Source: an uncultured Gemmatimonadales bacterium
GTDB taxonomy: Bacteria > Gemmatimonadota > Gemmatimonadetes > Gemmatimonadales > Gemmatimonadaceae
DNA length: 64,000 nucleotides
Assembly (NCBI GenBank): GCA_963850905.1
Contig: CAWKMU010000003.1
Coordinates: 608,001-672,000 of the forward strand
Direction of reading: 5' to 3'
Shown here: piece by piece, positions 40,154 to 49,450 of the stretch
How positions within the stretch are numbered: the stretch's first letter is position 1
Layout: each line of letters starts with the position of its first letter
Translations under genes and position numbers: made by a program
Notes under the pieces: model-generated
The model's input: the letters and a program-made list of their open reading frames with translations, nothing else
Told to the model about the DNA's origin: nothing
The model's database searches: none

Positions 40154-40684
40154 TTACAGTCCGAACGCCTGTTTGATGTGCTGCGCAGCCTCTGGCGGCC
40201 CTAGTGTGAAGGCCATCAGGAGCAGGTAGCCGACCGCCAGCGCACCACCGGCAAAGAACTGGTTCCACTGGCGCGCAGCCGGCCGTGTTCGCAGGAACCC
40301 GACGAGGCACGCAACGATGATCAGCAGGTGACCGAAGGCCGCGAAGAGCTGGATGAGGATGTCGGGTCGCGTGGCTTGGCCGGTGCGAATGAGGGTTTCC
40401 ATCACCTGCACTCCTTCCGGACCGACGGATGAGCGGAAGAGCACGAGCACGTTCCAGAAGACCGCGATGAACACGCCCGCCCCGAATCCCCACGCGCTCT
40501 TCCGGCGCGTGAGCACGACCACCGCGACGTAGATCAACGCCTGCAGGACATGGAGCACGCGCCACTCTGGCTCGAAGAACGCCGACACCGCCAGCGCGAA
40601 GATGAAGATCGCCGAGCCGACGAGGATGCTCGCGTTGATCCACTTGGCGCCCGTGGCGGGTCCGGCCAGAGCCGTTGTCGTCAT
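40154..40684 (-). CDS. Hypothetical membrane protein
   Basis: 176 aa, about 5 TM segments. Confidence 0.75.
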   Translation of the reverse strand: MTTTALAGPATGAKWINASILVGSAIFIFALAVSAFFEPEWRVLHVLQALIYVAVVVLTRRKSAWGFGAGVFIAVFWNVLVLFRSSVGPEGVQVMETLIRTGQATRPDILIQLFAAFGHLLIIVACLVGFLRTRPAARQWNQFFAGGALAVGYLLLMAFTLGPPEAAQHIKQAFGL

Positions 40685-40755
40685 GACCAGGGCCTACGCG
40701 CTGGCCGGAACCGTGGTTTCACCGGCATTGATCCAACACCGTGGACGGGGACGGG

Positions 40756-41286
40756 TTACGGCGCCGGCACTGCCGTCTCCGGCACCGCCTGTCCAATCGC
40801 CCGCACCCCGGTTTCGAGCGCAAGGCGCTGCAGTTTGTCGATCGGCAGGGCCAGCAAGAGGTCGATGCGCGCCGCCAGTGTCCGGAGTGCGAGGTAGAAC
40901 GCGCGGGCCTTCTCCTCATCAGACCCGCGGGCCTCGGCCGGGTCTTCCATCCCCCAGTGCGCGATGATCGGCTGACCCGGGAAATAGGGACAAGCCTCCT
41001 TGGCTCGATCGCAGACGGTGATCACGAAATCCCAGGGCTCGCGTTCGAGTCCGTCGAAGCTGCGCGGTGCGTGCCCCGCCCACGGAATGTGAGCGTGCGT
41101 GAGCGCCTCAACCGCTAACGGATTCACTCGGGCTGCGGGCTGCGAGCCTGCGCTCTCAGCGTGGAAGCGTCCCTTCCCCTTGAAATTGAGCAGAGCCTCG
41201 GCCATCTGGCTCCGGGCCGAGTTGCCGGTGCACAGAAACAGCACTCGGCGGGGGCGTGTTGGCTCGCCCGCGGATGCGGTGGTCAT
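40756..41286 (-). CDS. arsC: Arsenate reductase, thioredoxin-dependent LMW-PTP family
   Basis: LFLCTGNSARSQMAE, TVCDRAKEACP, HWGMEDPA. Confidence 0.92.
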   Translation of the reverse strand: MTTASAGEPTRPRRVLFLCTGNSARSQMAEALLNFKGKGRFHAESAGSQPAARVNPLAVEALTHAHIPWAGHAPRSFDGLEREPWDFVITVCDRAKEACPYFPGQPIIAHWGMEDPAEARGSDEEKARAFYLALRTLAARIDLLLALPIDKLQRLALETGVRAIGQAVPETAVPAP

Positions 41287-42079
41287 GGGCAGTTCCCTGA
41301 CGAAGGTAGTCGTACGTGAAGACGGCGAGGGCTGCACCCACCAGCGGCGCAACCCAGTAGATCCAGTGGGCAGTCCAAATCCCGGTAGCGACCGCCGGAC
41401 CGAACGAACGCGCTGGGTTCATACTGGCGCCGGTCAGCGGTCCCGCAGCGAGCGCATCGGCTGCGACGATCGAACCAACGGCGAATCCACCAACTGCCCC
41501 GACGACTCGCGAATCGGTCGCGACCGCCATCACGACCAGCATTAGGATGAAGGTCAGCACGACCTCGGTGCCGGTGGCTGGCAGGACCGCGACGGCCGGC
41601 ACCGTGACTGCGCCGGCTGCCGCGGTGCCCAGGACAGCCTTGATACCCAAGCCGGCGACCGTCGCACCCGCGAGCTGCGCGCCGATGTACGGGAGGACAT
41701 TGGCCAGGGGGAACCGGCCGGCGAGCCAGAAGCCGGTGGTGACAGCCGGGTTGAGATGCGCGCCCGACACATGACCGACCGCGTACACAGCACCGAGGAT
41801 CACGGTGCCAAACGCGAGCGCGACGCCAACGTGAGACACGGCGCCCTTCGACCAGACGTCGACCGCCGCCGCACCCGCCCCGATGGCGACGAGCATGAAC
41901 GTCCCAACGGCTTCCGCCGCTACACGTGGCCCACGCGCACGCCGCACGCCGTCCTCGGCGACCGGCGCGCCGAGCGCGTTGAGCATGCGCGCACTTGCCG
42001 TCTTGACAGTAACCACGGCCGGATCATTGCCATCCCTTCGCTGCGCCAATGTCACCCGCCCCATCGCATAAAGTGTCAT
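41156..42079 (-). CDS. MIP/aquaporin channel (AqpS-like arsenite channel); start and 3' end uncertain
   Basis: AEAVGTF, SGAHLNPAVT, GASMNPARSFGP, WIYWVAP; lies between arsR and arsC. Confidence 0.88.
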   Translation of the reverse strand: MTLYAMGRVTLAQRRDGNDPAVVTVKTASARMLNALGAPVAEDGVRRARGPRVAAEAVGTFMLVAIGAGAAAVDVWSKGAVSHVGVALAFGTVILGAVYAVGHVSGAHLNPAVTTGFWLAGRFPLANVLPYIGAQLAGATVAGLGIKAVLGTAAAGAVTVPAVAVLPATGTEVVLTFILMLVVMAVATDSRVVGAVGGFAVGSIVAADALAAGPLTGASMNPARSFGPAVATGIWTAHWIYWVAPLVGAALAVFTYDYLRQGTAHDHRIRGRANTPPPSAVSVHRQLGPEPDGRGSAQFQGEGTLPR

Positions 42080-42128
42080 TGATGCGTTAGGTCTGAGAGA
42101 GGCGCGCCGATTGTGCCGCGCGCCCCTT

Positions 42129-42452
42129 TCACTCGCAGCAGCGCGCCGCGAGTACCATTAATCGTGTCGACGGCAAACCACCCACGAATGCCTCGAGTTG
42201 GGCAAACGCGTCCGGATTGAGTGCGTAGTATGCCCACCGTCCCTCTCGGCGGTCCGTCACGAGTCCGGCGTCTTTCATCGTCTTCAGATGGAACGAGAGG
42301 AGCGACTGCCCGGTCTCGAGCGCATCCGTCAACTCACAGACGCACCGCTCGCCGCCGCGGAGCAGGTCCACAATCCGCAGCCGCGTCGGGTCAGCCAGCG
42401 CTCGAAACTGGCGTGTGATCGATGAGAGATTGGCCGTGCTTGCCGCAGGCAT
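42129..42452 (-). CDS. arsR: ArsR/SmtB family As(III)-responsive repressor
   Basis: FRALADPTRLRI, GERCVCEL, QSLLSFHLK, REGRWAYY, C-terminal CC. Confidence 0.92.
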   Translation of the reverse strand: MPAASTANLSSITRQFRALADPTRLRIVDLLRGGERCVCELTDALETGQSLLSFHLKTMKDAGLVTDRREGRWAYYALNPDAFAQLEAFVGGLPSTRLMVLAARCCE

Positions 42453-42465
42453 GTGGCAGCAACAT

Positions 42466-42500
42466 ATCAGTCGCCATTGAACCCATCAAGAGCGATTGAT
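42466..42500. promoter_or_regulatory. Tandem ArsR-type operator boxes
   Basis: ATCAA-N6-TTGAT at 42485-42500 and degenerate ATCAG-N6-TTGAA at 42466-42481, 14-48 bp upstream of the arsR start. Confidence 0.65.
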
Positions 42501-42515
42501 TTGTTGCGGCCAGGA

Positions 42516-42884
42516 TCAGGTCGTTGGCCTTTCCGATGGGGACCCGCCGATCCTGCCAGCCAGGTGGTCCTTTGCCGCCGCCCTGATCTCTTCGTCCGTC
42601 GCGGTCGTCAGCACGTCGAATGGCCGAAACGCGGACCAGACTCCGTTCTCTCCGATCCTCACCTTATAGTGCCAGGTGCACATCCCGCCGTTCTCCGCGG
42701 TGCTCTCGTCGCCGCCGTCGGCATCGCTCGACGCGGCATGGTCAACTTGCGCAATGATGAAGCGGCGTCGGAGGCCCGTGCGACGATGCGTCTGGCCAAA
42801 CCGAATGGTTCGTTGAGGCTCGAGCATGTGGTCTCCTTGATCGATGAGTTGAGCGACCGCACTTTCGGTGCAACCCGCGTGCAA
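42516..42884 (-). CDS. Hypothetical protein
   Basis: ORF only; no recognisable motif. Confidence 0.25.
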   Translation of the reverse strand: MHAGCTESAVAQLIDQGDHMLEPQRTIRFGQTHRRTGLRRRFIIAQVDHAASSDADGGDESTAENGGMCTWHYKVRIGENGVWSAFRPFDVLTTATDEEIRAAAKDHLAGRIGGSPSERPTT

Positions 42885-43131
42885 GGTGATGACGTCCAGC
42901 TGCCGTTCGGGTCGACTCTCAGGTCGACTGACACTTCCCGCCCGCTCGTTTTGCGGGTTGGTTGGCGTACGCCCGTCTCACGCGGTCACTCGCAGCACGA
43001 GCCCTACCACCACGGACGCAGCAGCGGGTTCGCAGACCCGCTCGTTTGGGAACATTAAAAGATACTCGATGGACCACGCGCCCGTGGGCCCCCTTTTAGA
43101 GGCCCCGGAGCCTCAGATTCTTGTTCCAAAG

Positions 43132-43193
43132 GTCTAACGTCCAGCTCCAGGCTCCAGCATCCAACGTCCAACGTCTAACGTCCAACGTCTAGC
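43132..43193. repeat. (ACGTCCA/ACGTCTA) heptamer tract
   Basis: gtctaacgtccagctccaggctccagcatccaacgtccaacgtctaacgtccaacgtctagc; same family as 23359-23483. Confidence 0.65.
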
Positions 43194-43253
43194 CCCCAAA
43201 TTGGAGTCCGAATTCGGCGAGCCTGGACAAGGGGCGGCAAGGACATTTCCCGG

Positions 43254-44667
43254 GTGTCCGCGCCGCAACATTTGCCGAGTGCCGACGTCTGCCAGCGCGC
43301 GATGGCCGCACGAGATCCGCGCTTCGACGGCATTTTTTACGTCGGGATCACGTCGACGGGCGTGTACTGCCGACCGGTGTGTCCATCGCGGTTCGCCACG
43401 CCGGATCGGCGCCGATTCTTCGCATCTGCCGCGTCCGCCGAGCACGCCGGGTTTCGACCGTGTCTCCGGTGCCGACCGGAGCTGGCACCGGGTAGGGCGC
43501 AAATGGACGCGCTGCCGCGCCTCGCCGCGGCGGCCGCCGACCGCATCGCCGCGGGTGCCCTGAACGGGCGAAGCGTTGCGAAGCTCGCGGCGGAGCTCGG
43601 CGTGAGCGAGCGGCACCTCCGGCGTGCAGTCGAACGCGCAATCGGCGTCTCGCCCATCGGCCTGGCGCAAACGTGCCGGTTGCTGCTCGCCAAGCAGCTG
43701 CTGGTCGACACGTCACTGCCAGTGACACAGATCGCGTTCGCGAGCGGCTTTCAGAGCCTGCGGCGTTTTAACGGCGTTTTTCGTGACCGCTATCGACTGA
43801 GTCCGACGGCGCTGCGACGCGGCGGCGACACACCCATGCCGGCTCGAGACTCCAGTGATCTCGTTCGTCTCACACTCGCCTACCGCGCGCCGCTGGCCTG
43901 GGACGCCCTGATCGGACTCCTCGACGCGTGTTCACTCCCTGGCGCAGAAATCGTCGGCGACGGACGATTCGCCCGCACCGTTCGCCTCGAGAAGCGGAGT
44001 GGCCTCGTGTTCGTAGAGAACGCGTGCGGGTCGAAGCCGCACCTCAACGTCGACATCTCGCCGTCACTCCTGCCAGCGCTCATGCCGCTCCTCGCACGAC
44101 TGAGACGGCTGTTCGACCTCGACGCCGAGCCGAAAGTGGTCGATGCGCACCTCTCGCAAAACGGTTTGGCGGAATCAGTCGCTCGGCAGCCGGGCCTCCG
44201 CGCACCTGGAGCATTCGACGGCTTCGAGGTCGCGCTCGCGCTCCTGCTGCGTACTGGTCCGAATGGTCTCGCGCAACGGGTGGTCGAAGATCTCGGCGAG
44301 CCATTCGCCACAAACACACCTGGCCTCACACATCTCGCGCCACGCGCCAGAGCCGTCGTGCGCGCGGGGGCCGCACGCCTGCGCGCACTCGGCGCGCCGC
44401 CATTGCTCGCCGCGTCGGTCGAAGGCGTGGCGCGAGCGGTCGTGGACGTAGCGCTCCGACTCGAGCCCGGCGCCGACGTGAGCGCTGCGCGATGCACGCT
44501 GATGACGATCCCCGGAATCGACGACGGGCTTGCGAGGACCATCGTCATGCGCGCGCTGCACTGGCCCGATGCGTTTCCGTCGTCGGATGGCAGCGTGCAC
44601 CACGCGCAAGCTGAGCTGTGGCGGCCATGGCGTGCATATGCGGCACTCCATTCTTTTGGGAATTTGA
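43254..44667 (+). CDS. Ada-AlkA fusion (Ada Zn-binding + AraC HTH + DNA-3-methyladenine glycosylase II); 3' end probably frameshifted
   Basis: ARDPRFDGIF, TGVYCRPVC, GFRPCLRCRPE, IAFASGFQSLRRFN, IPGID, PDAFP, WRPWRAYAALH; as written it reads through to 44906, one deleted T would give TGA at 44665. Confidence 0.88.
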
Positions 44668-44740
44668 AGTCCGAATCCGACAAGCACTCGGTGCGACGCC
44701 TCATCATGATGCCGCGTCCCGCATTCTCATGGAGGGGTGC

Positions 44741-45958
44741 ATGCGCCGAACGTCGTTGGTGCTCCTGGCCGCCGTACTCGCGGGTTGTGGCCGCGGAGCA
44801 GAGATCACGCAGCCGGCCGCCGCCGGCGGCGGCACGTTGCAAGAGCGAGCGGCCGATGAATCGATGGGCCCGGACCGATACGACATCATCACACTGCCTG
44901 TCCTGAGCGGCACGCAGGCCGCCGGGGACGCTATCAATGAGCACGGCGTAATCGGGGGATACGCCACCCTCGCCGGCAACGCGGTGCAACACGCGACGCT
45001 GTGGTACGACGGAGCCACCCAGGATCTCGGCACGCTCGGCGGACCGAATAGCGGCATTCTGTGGCCCGGGCTGAACGACGCTGGCCTGGCCGCTGGCGTC
45101 GCCGAAACCGCGGAGTTGCAGCCGCTGGGAGAGAGCTGGAGTTGCGCGGCATTTTTCCCGGGGGCGCCAACCGGTCACGTATGTCGTGGCTTCGCATGGA
45201 GCGATGGACGTATGACGCCGATGCCCACACTGGGTGGCGACAACAGCTTCGCTACCGGAGTGAACAACTGGGGCCATGTCGTGGGCTGGGCAGAGACACC
45301 CGTGCACGACCCCACCTGCGCATCGCCTCAGACGCTGCAGTTCCGCGCGGTCTCATGGGATCCTGAGAGCGGGTGGGTCCACCAGCTCCGCCCCCTGTCT
45401 GGCGATTCGGCCTCGGCCGCGACCGCGATCAACGACCGGGACCAAGTCGTCGGCATCTCTGGCCGCTGTGACATCGCCGTCGGCCGCTTCAGCGCGCGTC
45501 GCGCCGTCATGTGGGATCAGGGACGCGTGATCGACATCGGCGGTCTTGGTGGGATAGCGTGGAACACGGCGATGGCACTCAACAACGACGGCGTCGTCGT
45601 TGGATTTGCCGACATGACCGGCGACGCGAGCGGGGCGCCAAATTTCCACGCCTTCATCTGGACGCAGGAAGCGGGCATCAAGGATCTCAACACCCTCCCG
45701 GGCGATATCCTGTCCGAAGCGCTCGACATCAACAGCCGGGGCCAGGTGGTCGGCATCTCGATCGGCGCGAGCGGGACGCGTGCGTTCATCTGGCAGCAGG
45801 GAAAGATGACGGACCTACAGACGCTGATGCCGGCCGGATATCCCAATCTCCTCGAGAGCGCGCAAGGCATCAACGATGCAGGTCAGATCACTGGGTACCT
45901 GACGGTGCCGAGCACCGGTCAACAACTGACCTTCGTGGCGACTCCGCTTCGAAAATAG
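44741..45958 (+). CDS. HAF-repeat extracellular lipoprotein
   Basis: Lipobox LAGC; repeats DLGTLGG, SFATGVNNWGHVVG, INDRDQVVG, FHAFIW; RBS GGAGG. Confidence 0.88.
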   Translation: MRRTSLVLLAAVLAGCGRGAEITQPAAAGGGTLQERAADESMGPDRYDIITLPVLSGTQAAGDAINEHGVIGGYATLAGNAVQHATLWYDGATQDLGTLGGPNSGILWPGLNDAGLAAGVAETAELQPLGESWSCAAFFPGAPTGHVCRGFAWSDGRMTPMPTLGGDNSFATGVNNWGHVVGWAETPVHDPTCASPQTLQFRAVSWDPESGWVHQLRPLSGDSASAATAINDRDQVVGISGRCDIAVGRFSARRAVMWDQGRVIDIGGLGGIAWNTAMALNNDGVVVGFADMTGDASGAPNFHAFIWTQEAGIKDLNTLPGDILSEALDINSRGQVVGISIGASGTRAFIWQQGKMTDLQTLMPAGYPNLLESAQGINDAGQITGYLTVPSTGQQLTFVATPLRK

Positions 45959-45972
45959 GAAATCACGACCCC

Positions 45973-46011
45973 AAGCCTACTGAGTTCGGGAGCACCGAGC
46001 TCAGTGGGCTT
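45973..46011 (+). terminator. Long hairpin after the HAF gene
   Basis: aagcctactgagttcgg-gagca-ccgagctcagtgggctt (G:U pairs), stem extends to tcacgac/gtcgtga, followed by atttt. Confidence 0.6.
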
Positions 46012-46119
46012 GTCGTGAATTTTGGGAAATGATGGCGCGTGCAATGTCTCCGGCCTGCCACTTCCCGCACAGGCTCCCATGCAACTTGCGACATTGCAGG
46101 CTCGGTGTATTGTCGTGGC

Positions 46120-46707
46120 ATGCCACACTCAACAACCCGACGGCATCGACGCACCCGGATCGCCCTCGCGACAATTGGCCTGTTGGTTGCCAGCTCCCCG
46201 CGGTTCCTATCAGCTCAGACGGCTGAAGGCTCTGATACGATGCCTCCCCCAGCGCGCCCGGAGGACGTGAAATCGGTGGATGCGATCATGAACGCGGCGT
46301 ACGAGGCCAACTCAGGCCCCGCGGGACCTCACGACAATCGGCGCCTTCGCTCGCTCTTCGTGCCCGGGGCGCGTCTCATCCCGACAGGGTTGCCAGATTC
46401 CGCCGGTCGTGTCCATCTCGAGGTTCTCTCAGTGCCGGAGTACGCGCGAGAGAGCACCAAATACATGTTGACTCACGCGAACTGGGAATGGGAGATCGGC
46501 CGCACGGTTCAAACCTTTGGTGCCGTGACCCAGGTCTTCAGCGCGTACGCATCTGGTCGGAAAATGCACGACCCTCAGCCGGTTGAGCGTGGCATGAACA
46601 GTTTCCAGCTGTTCTACGATGGGACGCGCTGGTACATCGTGACGATCTACTGGGCCGAGGAGCACGGTGATGTGAAGCTCTCCGCGCAATACTTGAACGA
46701 GAAATAA
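46120..46707 (+). CDS. Secreted hypothetical protein, NTF2-like
   Basis: Signal peptide; DVKSVDAIM...SGPAG, LRSLFVPGARLI, ERGMNSFQLFYDGTRWYIVTIYW. Confidence 0.75.
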   Translation: MPHSTTRRHRRTRIALATIGLLVASSPRFLSAQTAEGSDTMPPPARPEDVKSVDAIMNAAYEANSGPAGPHDNRRLRSLFVPGARLIPTGLPDSAGRVHLEVLSVPEYARESTKYMLTHANWEWEIGRTVQTFGAVTQVFSAYASGRKMHDPQPVERGMNSFQLFYDGTRWYIVTIYWAEEHGDVKLSAQYLNEK

Positions 46708-46815
46708 AGCAGGGCGGCGGACAGCCTCCGACAAACGCCGACCGAAGTCGTCGAAGTGCAACGCTCTGGCACCGATGACAGCCACGTTGCGGAGCCCGAC
46801 GACCGCCCACCCAGG

Positions 46816-47226
46816 CTAAGGGCGGTATTCAGCCCTGACGCTAGCGCGCATCAGATAAAACAGGATTGCTCCGGCGACCACCACACCGATCGCGCCCTCT
46901 ACGACGTGGCCTACGATCAACTGCCCGGCATCACTAAGGCCATTCACCGCGAAGATCGTCACGGCGAGCCGCCAGCCCCACCTCCGCTGCAGGAAGCACC
47001 CGACGCTTGCCGCAGCCATCACGACGGCAAGCCCCAGAAATCCAGGCCCTAGGGATGCGTGATAGGGCATGAGAATGCCGCGCCGTGGTGGGTACGCGAG
47101 CCATATCACCTCCATTACCGATCCCGGGAATAGAAGCGCTAATCCAACGGCAACGAGAATAACACTGGCCACGGCAAGGAACGTGGCGACTAGCAAGACA
47201 CCCCACGACGTTGCCCTTGCGCTCAT
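46816..47226 (-). CDS. Hypothetical membrane protein
   Basis: About 4 TM segments, RRWGWRLAVTIF. Confidence 0.65.
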   Translation of the reverse strand: MSARATSWGVLLVATFLAVASVILVAVGLALLFPGSVMEVIWLAYPPRRGILMPYHASLGPGFLGLAVVMAAASVGCFLQRRWGWRLAVTIFAVNGLSDAGQLIVGHVVEGAIGVVVAGAILFYLMRASVRAEYRP

Positions 47227-47385
47227 GGCTCCCGATGACACGTGCGAGTCTCGCATACCGCTGCCAGCGCATTTGGATCGAGGGTGTCGCCTGCACTGCG
47301 CCGAACGCTAGCAGTTCTGATACAAGTCGCGCCGCCTGTGAGGCGGCGCTGACGGCAAAACGTGATCGAGTATCGGCTTAGAGAG

Positions 47386-47457
47386 AGGCGCGGGCCGGAA
47401 TCGAACCGGCGAATAGCGGTTTTGCAGACCGCTGCCTTACCACTTGGCTACCGCGCC
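47386..47457 (-). tRNA. tRNA-Cys(GCA), CCA not encoded
   Basis: GGCGCGGTAGCCAAGTGGTAAGGCAGCGGTCTGCAAAACCGCTATTCGCCGGTTCGATTCCGGCCCGCGCCT: acceptor stem, GCA anticodon, TTCGA T-loop, U discriminator. Confidence 0.97.
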
Positions 47458-47606
47458 GACAACGTTGAAGCGGAACAACTTACTAAGTTCGTGTCCTCAC
47501 GAGTTATGGTCCAGGGTGCCAAACAGGGTGCCAAATCTAGAAACGGGCTGGCGACGTGCTGTGCGCGCCGACACAAACATAACCAACTCTACGGACCTGT
47601 CGCCGA

Positions 47607-47949
47607 ATGCGGTTCCTTGAGCGCAACGAGATCTGGGAATGGTGTGTCGACCACGAACTAGCGCCTGACGCAGGGCCCGGAGTTCTGGAGCGGATTAGAC
47701 AACACGTACCGTCGCGGCGCGAGCGCCTGGCGTTCGATCCGGGAAAAACGGTCAATCGATGTCGCACCGGCTCAAAGCTTCGCTGCCTCGGAGCGCGATG
47801 CGCTCATTGACCTCGTTGCCATGGTGCTCCAGAACGGCTGGGATGCTTTCGTTCTGCTGCCGACCGCCGGATCGCCGAGGCGCGTCCGTCTCCAGCTTTC
47901 GCACGACGGGTGGGCAGAAGTCCAGGGTATGCCGGCGGACCCGCGCTGA
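47607..47949 (+). pseudogene. Disrupted hypothetical gene
   Basis: MRFLERNEIWEWC... and in another frame ...LIDLVAMVLQNGWDAFVLL...LQLSHDGWAEV...TGA 47947. Confidence 0.45.
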
Positions 47950-48119
47950 CTCTCCCCGAACAGGGCGAATGAAGTCGGAGGCCCCGCGAATGGCCAATGG
48001 TGCCCTAGGATGGTGACCCCTGCCTCGTTTTTGATACTTCGCGAAATGTCCAAAGTGCCTTTTTGCTGAGCCGCACCGGTACCGTCAGAAAGACTTACCA
48101 GGAGCGCAGGGACAAAGAA

Positions 48120-48575
48120 CTACTTCACCGTACTCCAATCGACCCAAGCGGGAATCGTTGCGTCGCCCACGCGGCTTTCAAAGTGGATGGGCAGTGCCAT
48201 GCGAGGAATAGCCACAACAGCCGGGAAAGAGATCGCGTCGAGGAAGACCTTCTTTGACCCGAGCAAGCTATCTGGACCGAGGACGATGACGAGGTAACCG
48301 CCTCGAAGTTCGGCGCGGTTGAACCCGGGGTCCGTTTCGGCATCCACGCCTCCATAGCTGATGACGACGAGCATCTCGCGCTTCCAGTCCACAGCGGAGG
48401 AGTCGCTTGCGGCAGATGGACCTTTGAGCAGAGGATGGGCGCGCCGGAGGTTGTCCCAGACAATAGAGTCACGGATCACACCTACGCCCTGTGAGATGTT
48501 CACGGATTCGAGGTATCCGATTACTCTCTTGGACACGGGCAATCGCCTCTTCAAGCAGCGACACAAGTTCGCCAC
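48120..48575 (-). CDS. Hypothetical protein, weak resemblance to PrcB C-terminal domain
   Basis: VIRDSIVWDNL...VDWKREMLVVISYG. Confidence 0.35.
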   Translation of the reverse strand: MANLCRCLKRRLPVSKRVIGYLESVNISQGVGVIRDSIVWDNLRRAHPLLKGPSAASDSSAVDWKREMLVVISYGGVDAETDPGFNRAELRGGYLVIVLGPDSLLGSKKVFLDAISFPAVVAIPRMALPIHFESRVGDATIPAWVDWSTVK

Positions 48576-49072
48576 AGAGGCTGAATACCTGCGCGTGGTT
48601 GGTGCGAGTGGCGCGTCTGAACTCGTCCTCGGCCACCGGGTGCCGCGTCTGTGGCGTCATCGCGTCCGGTTCACCTTCGATCTGCTGATCCGATGTCATA
48701 GGTAAAGGCGATGTGCCGCATCTGGCGCGCGACCGATAACCAGCAGGGACGCGCGATGCTGGCGAGAATCCATGGGCCACGCCGTGGGCCACTCTTGCGC
48801 CAACGCAGTGCAGGAAAGTGCAACGGCCCGTTGGGGCGCGCCATGCTTGCCGCACCGGCTAGGGGCGACGCCATGCATCGCCCGTGGCCTGGGTCGGGGT
48901 AACCGGCGTCGCACATCCGGCCGGCCGGGATTCTCTCACCAACGTACGAACGCTCGCCCCGCTCCTGCTCCCCGACACGTCGGCACCGTCACCACCATCG
49001 TGGCGGGAACCGACGCGGCGGCGGCAAAGACTCATGACCTCGCGCCGCTTTCTTTGCTAGCTTGAACTCGCG

Positions 49073-49450
49073 ATGCGAAACTGCACGGTCCTCCTACAGC
49101 GTGCGCTGGCGCGTGATCTCGCCACCTCGAGAGACGCGCAGGCGGAGGCCGTGCGCTACACGGCGCTCGTGAAGAAGGATTACGCCACTCAAGAGGAAGC
49201 CGACCAGTACATTGCGCAGGCGGGATCGAGTGCGGTCGCGACCAAGGCCGACAGCGCAGTCCTGGAACAAGCCCGGATCAACCTGCAGTGCACCACGATC
49301 GCCGCGCCGATTAGCGGGCGGACAGGGCCGCCGGTCGGCACCGGCCACAGGGGCCGGCGGAGCATGGGGACCGGCTCCGGGGCAGCAACGGCCACCGCCG
49401 CGGAGCCGGGGAGTGTTGCAGCCCCTGGCGCGTCGAGTGGCTCGGGATGA
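49073..49450 (+). pseudogene. Remnant of an MdtA-like RND periplasmic adaptor
   Basis: Only the helical hairpin and LEQARINLQCTTIAAPISGRTG survive; stop overlaps the mdtB start (ATGA). Confidence 0.7.

Noticed and set aside
43254..44906. C-terminally extended AlkA overlapping the HAF gene
   Set aside because: Homology ends at WRPWRAYAALH; a single-base indel in the T-run restores a stop at 44665
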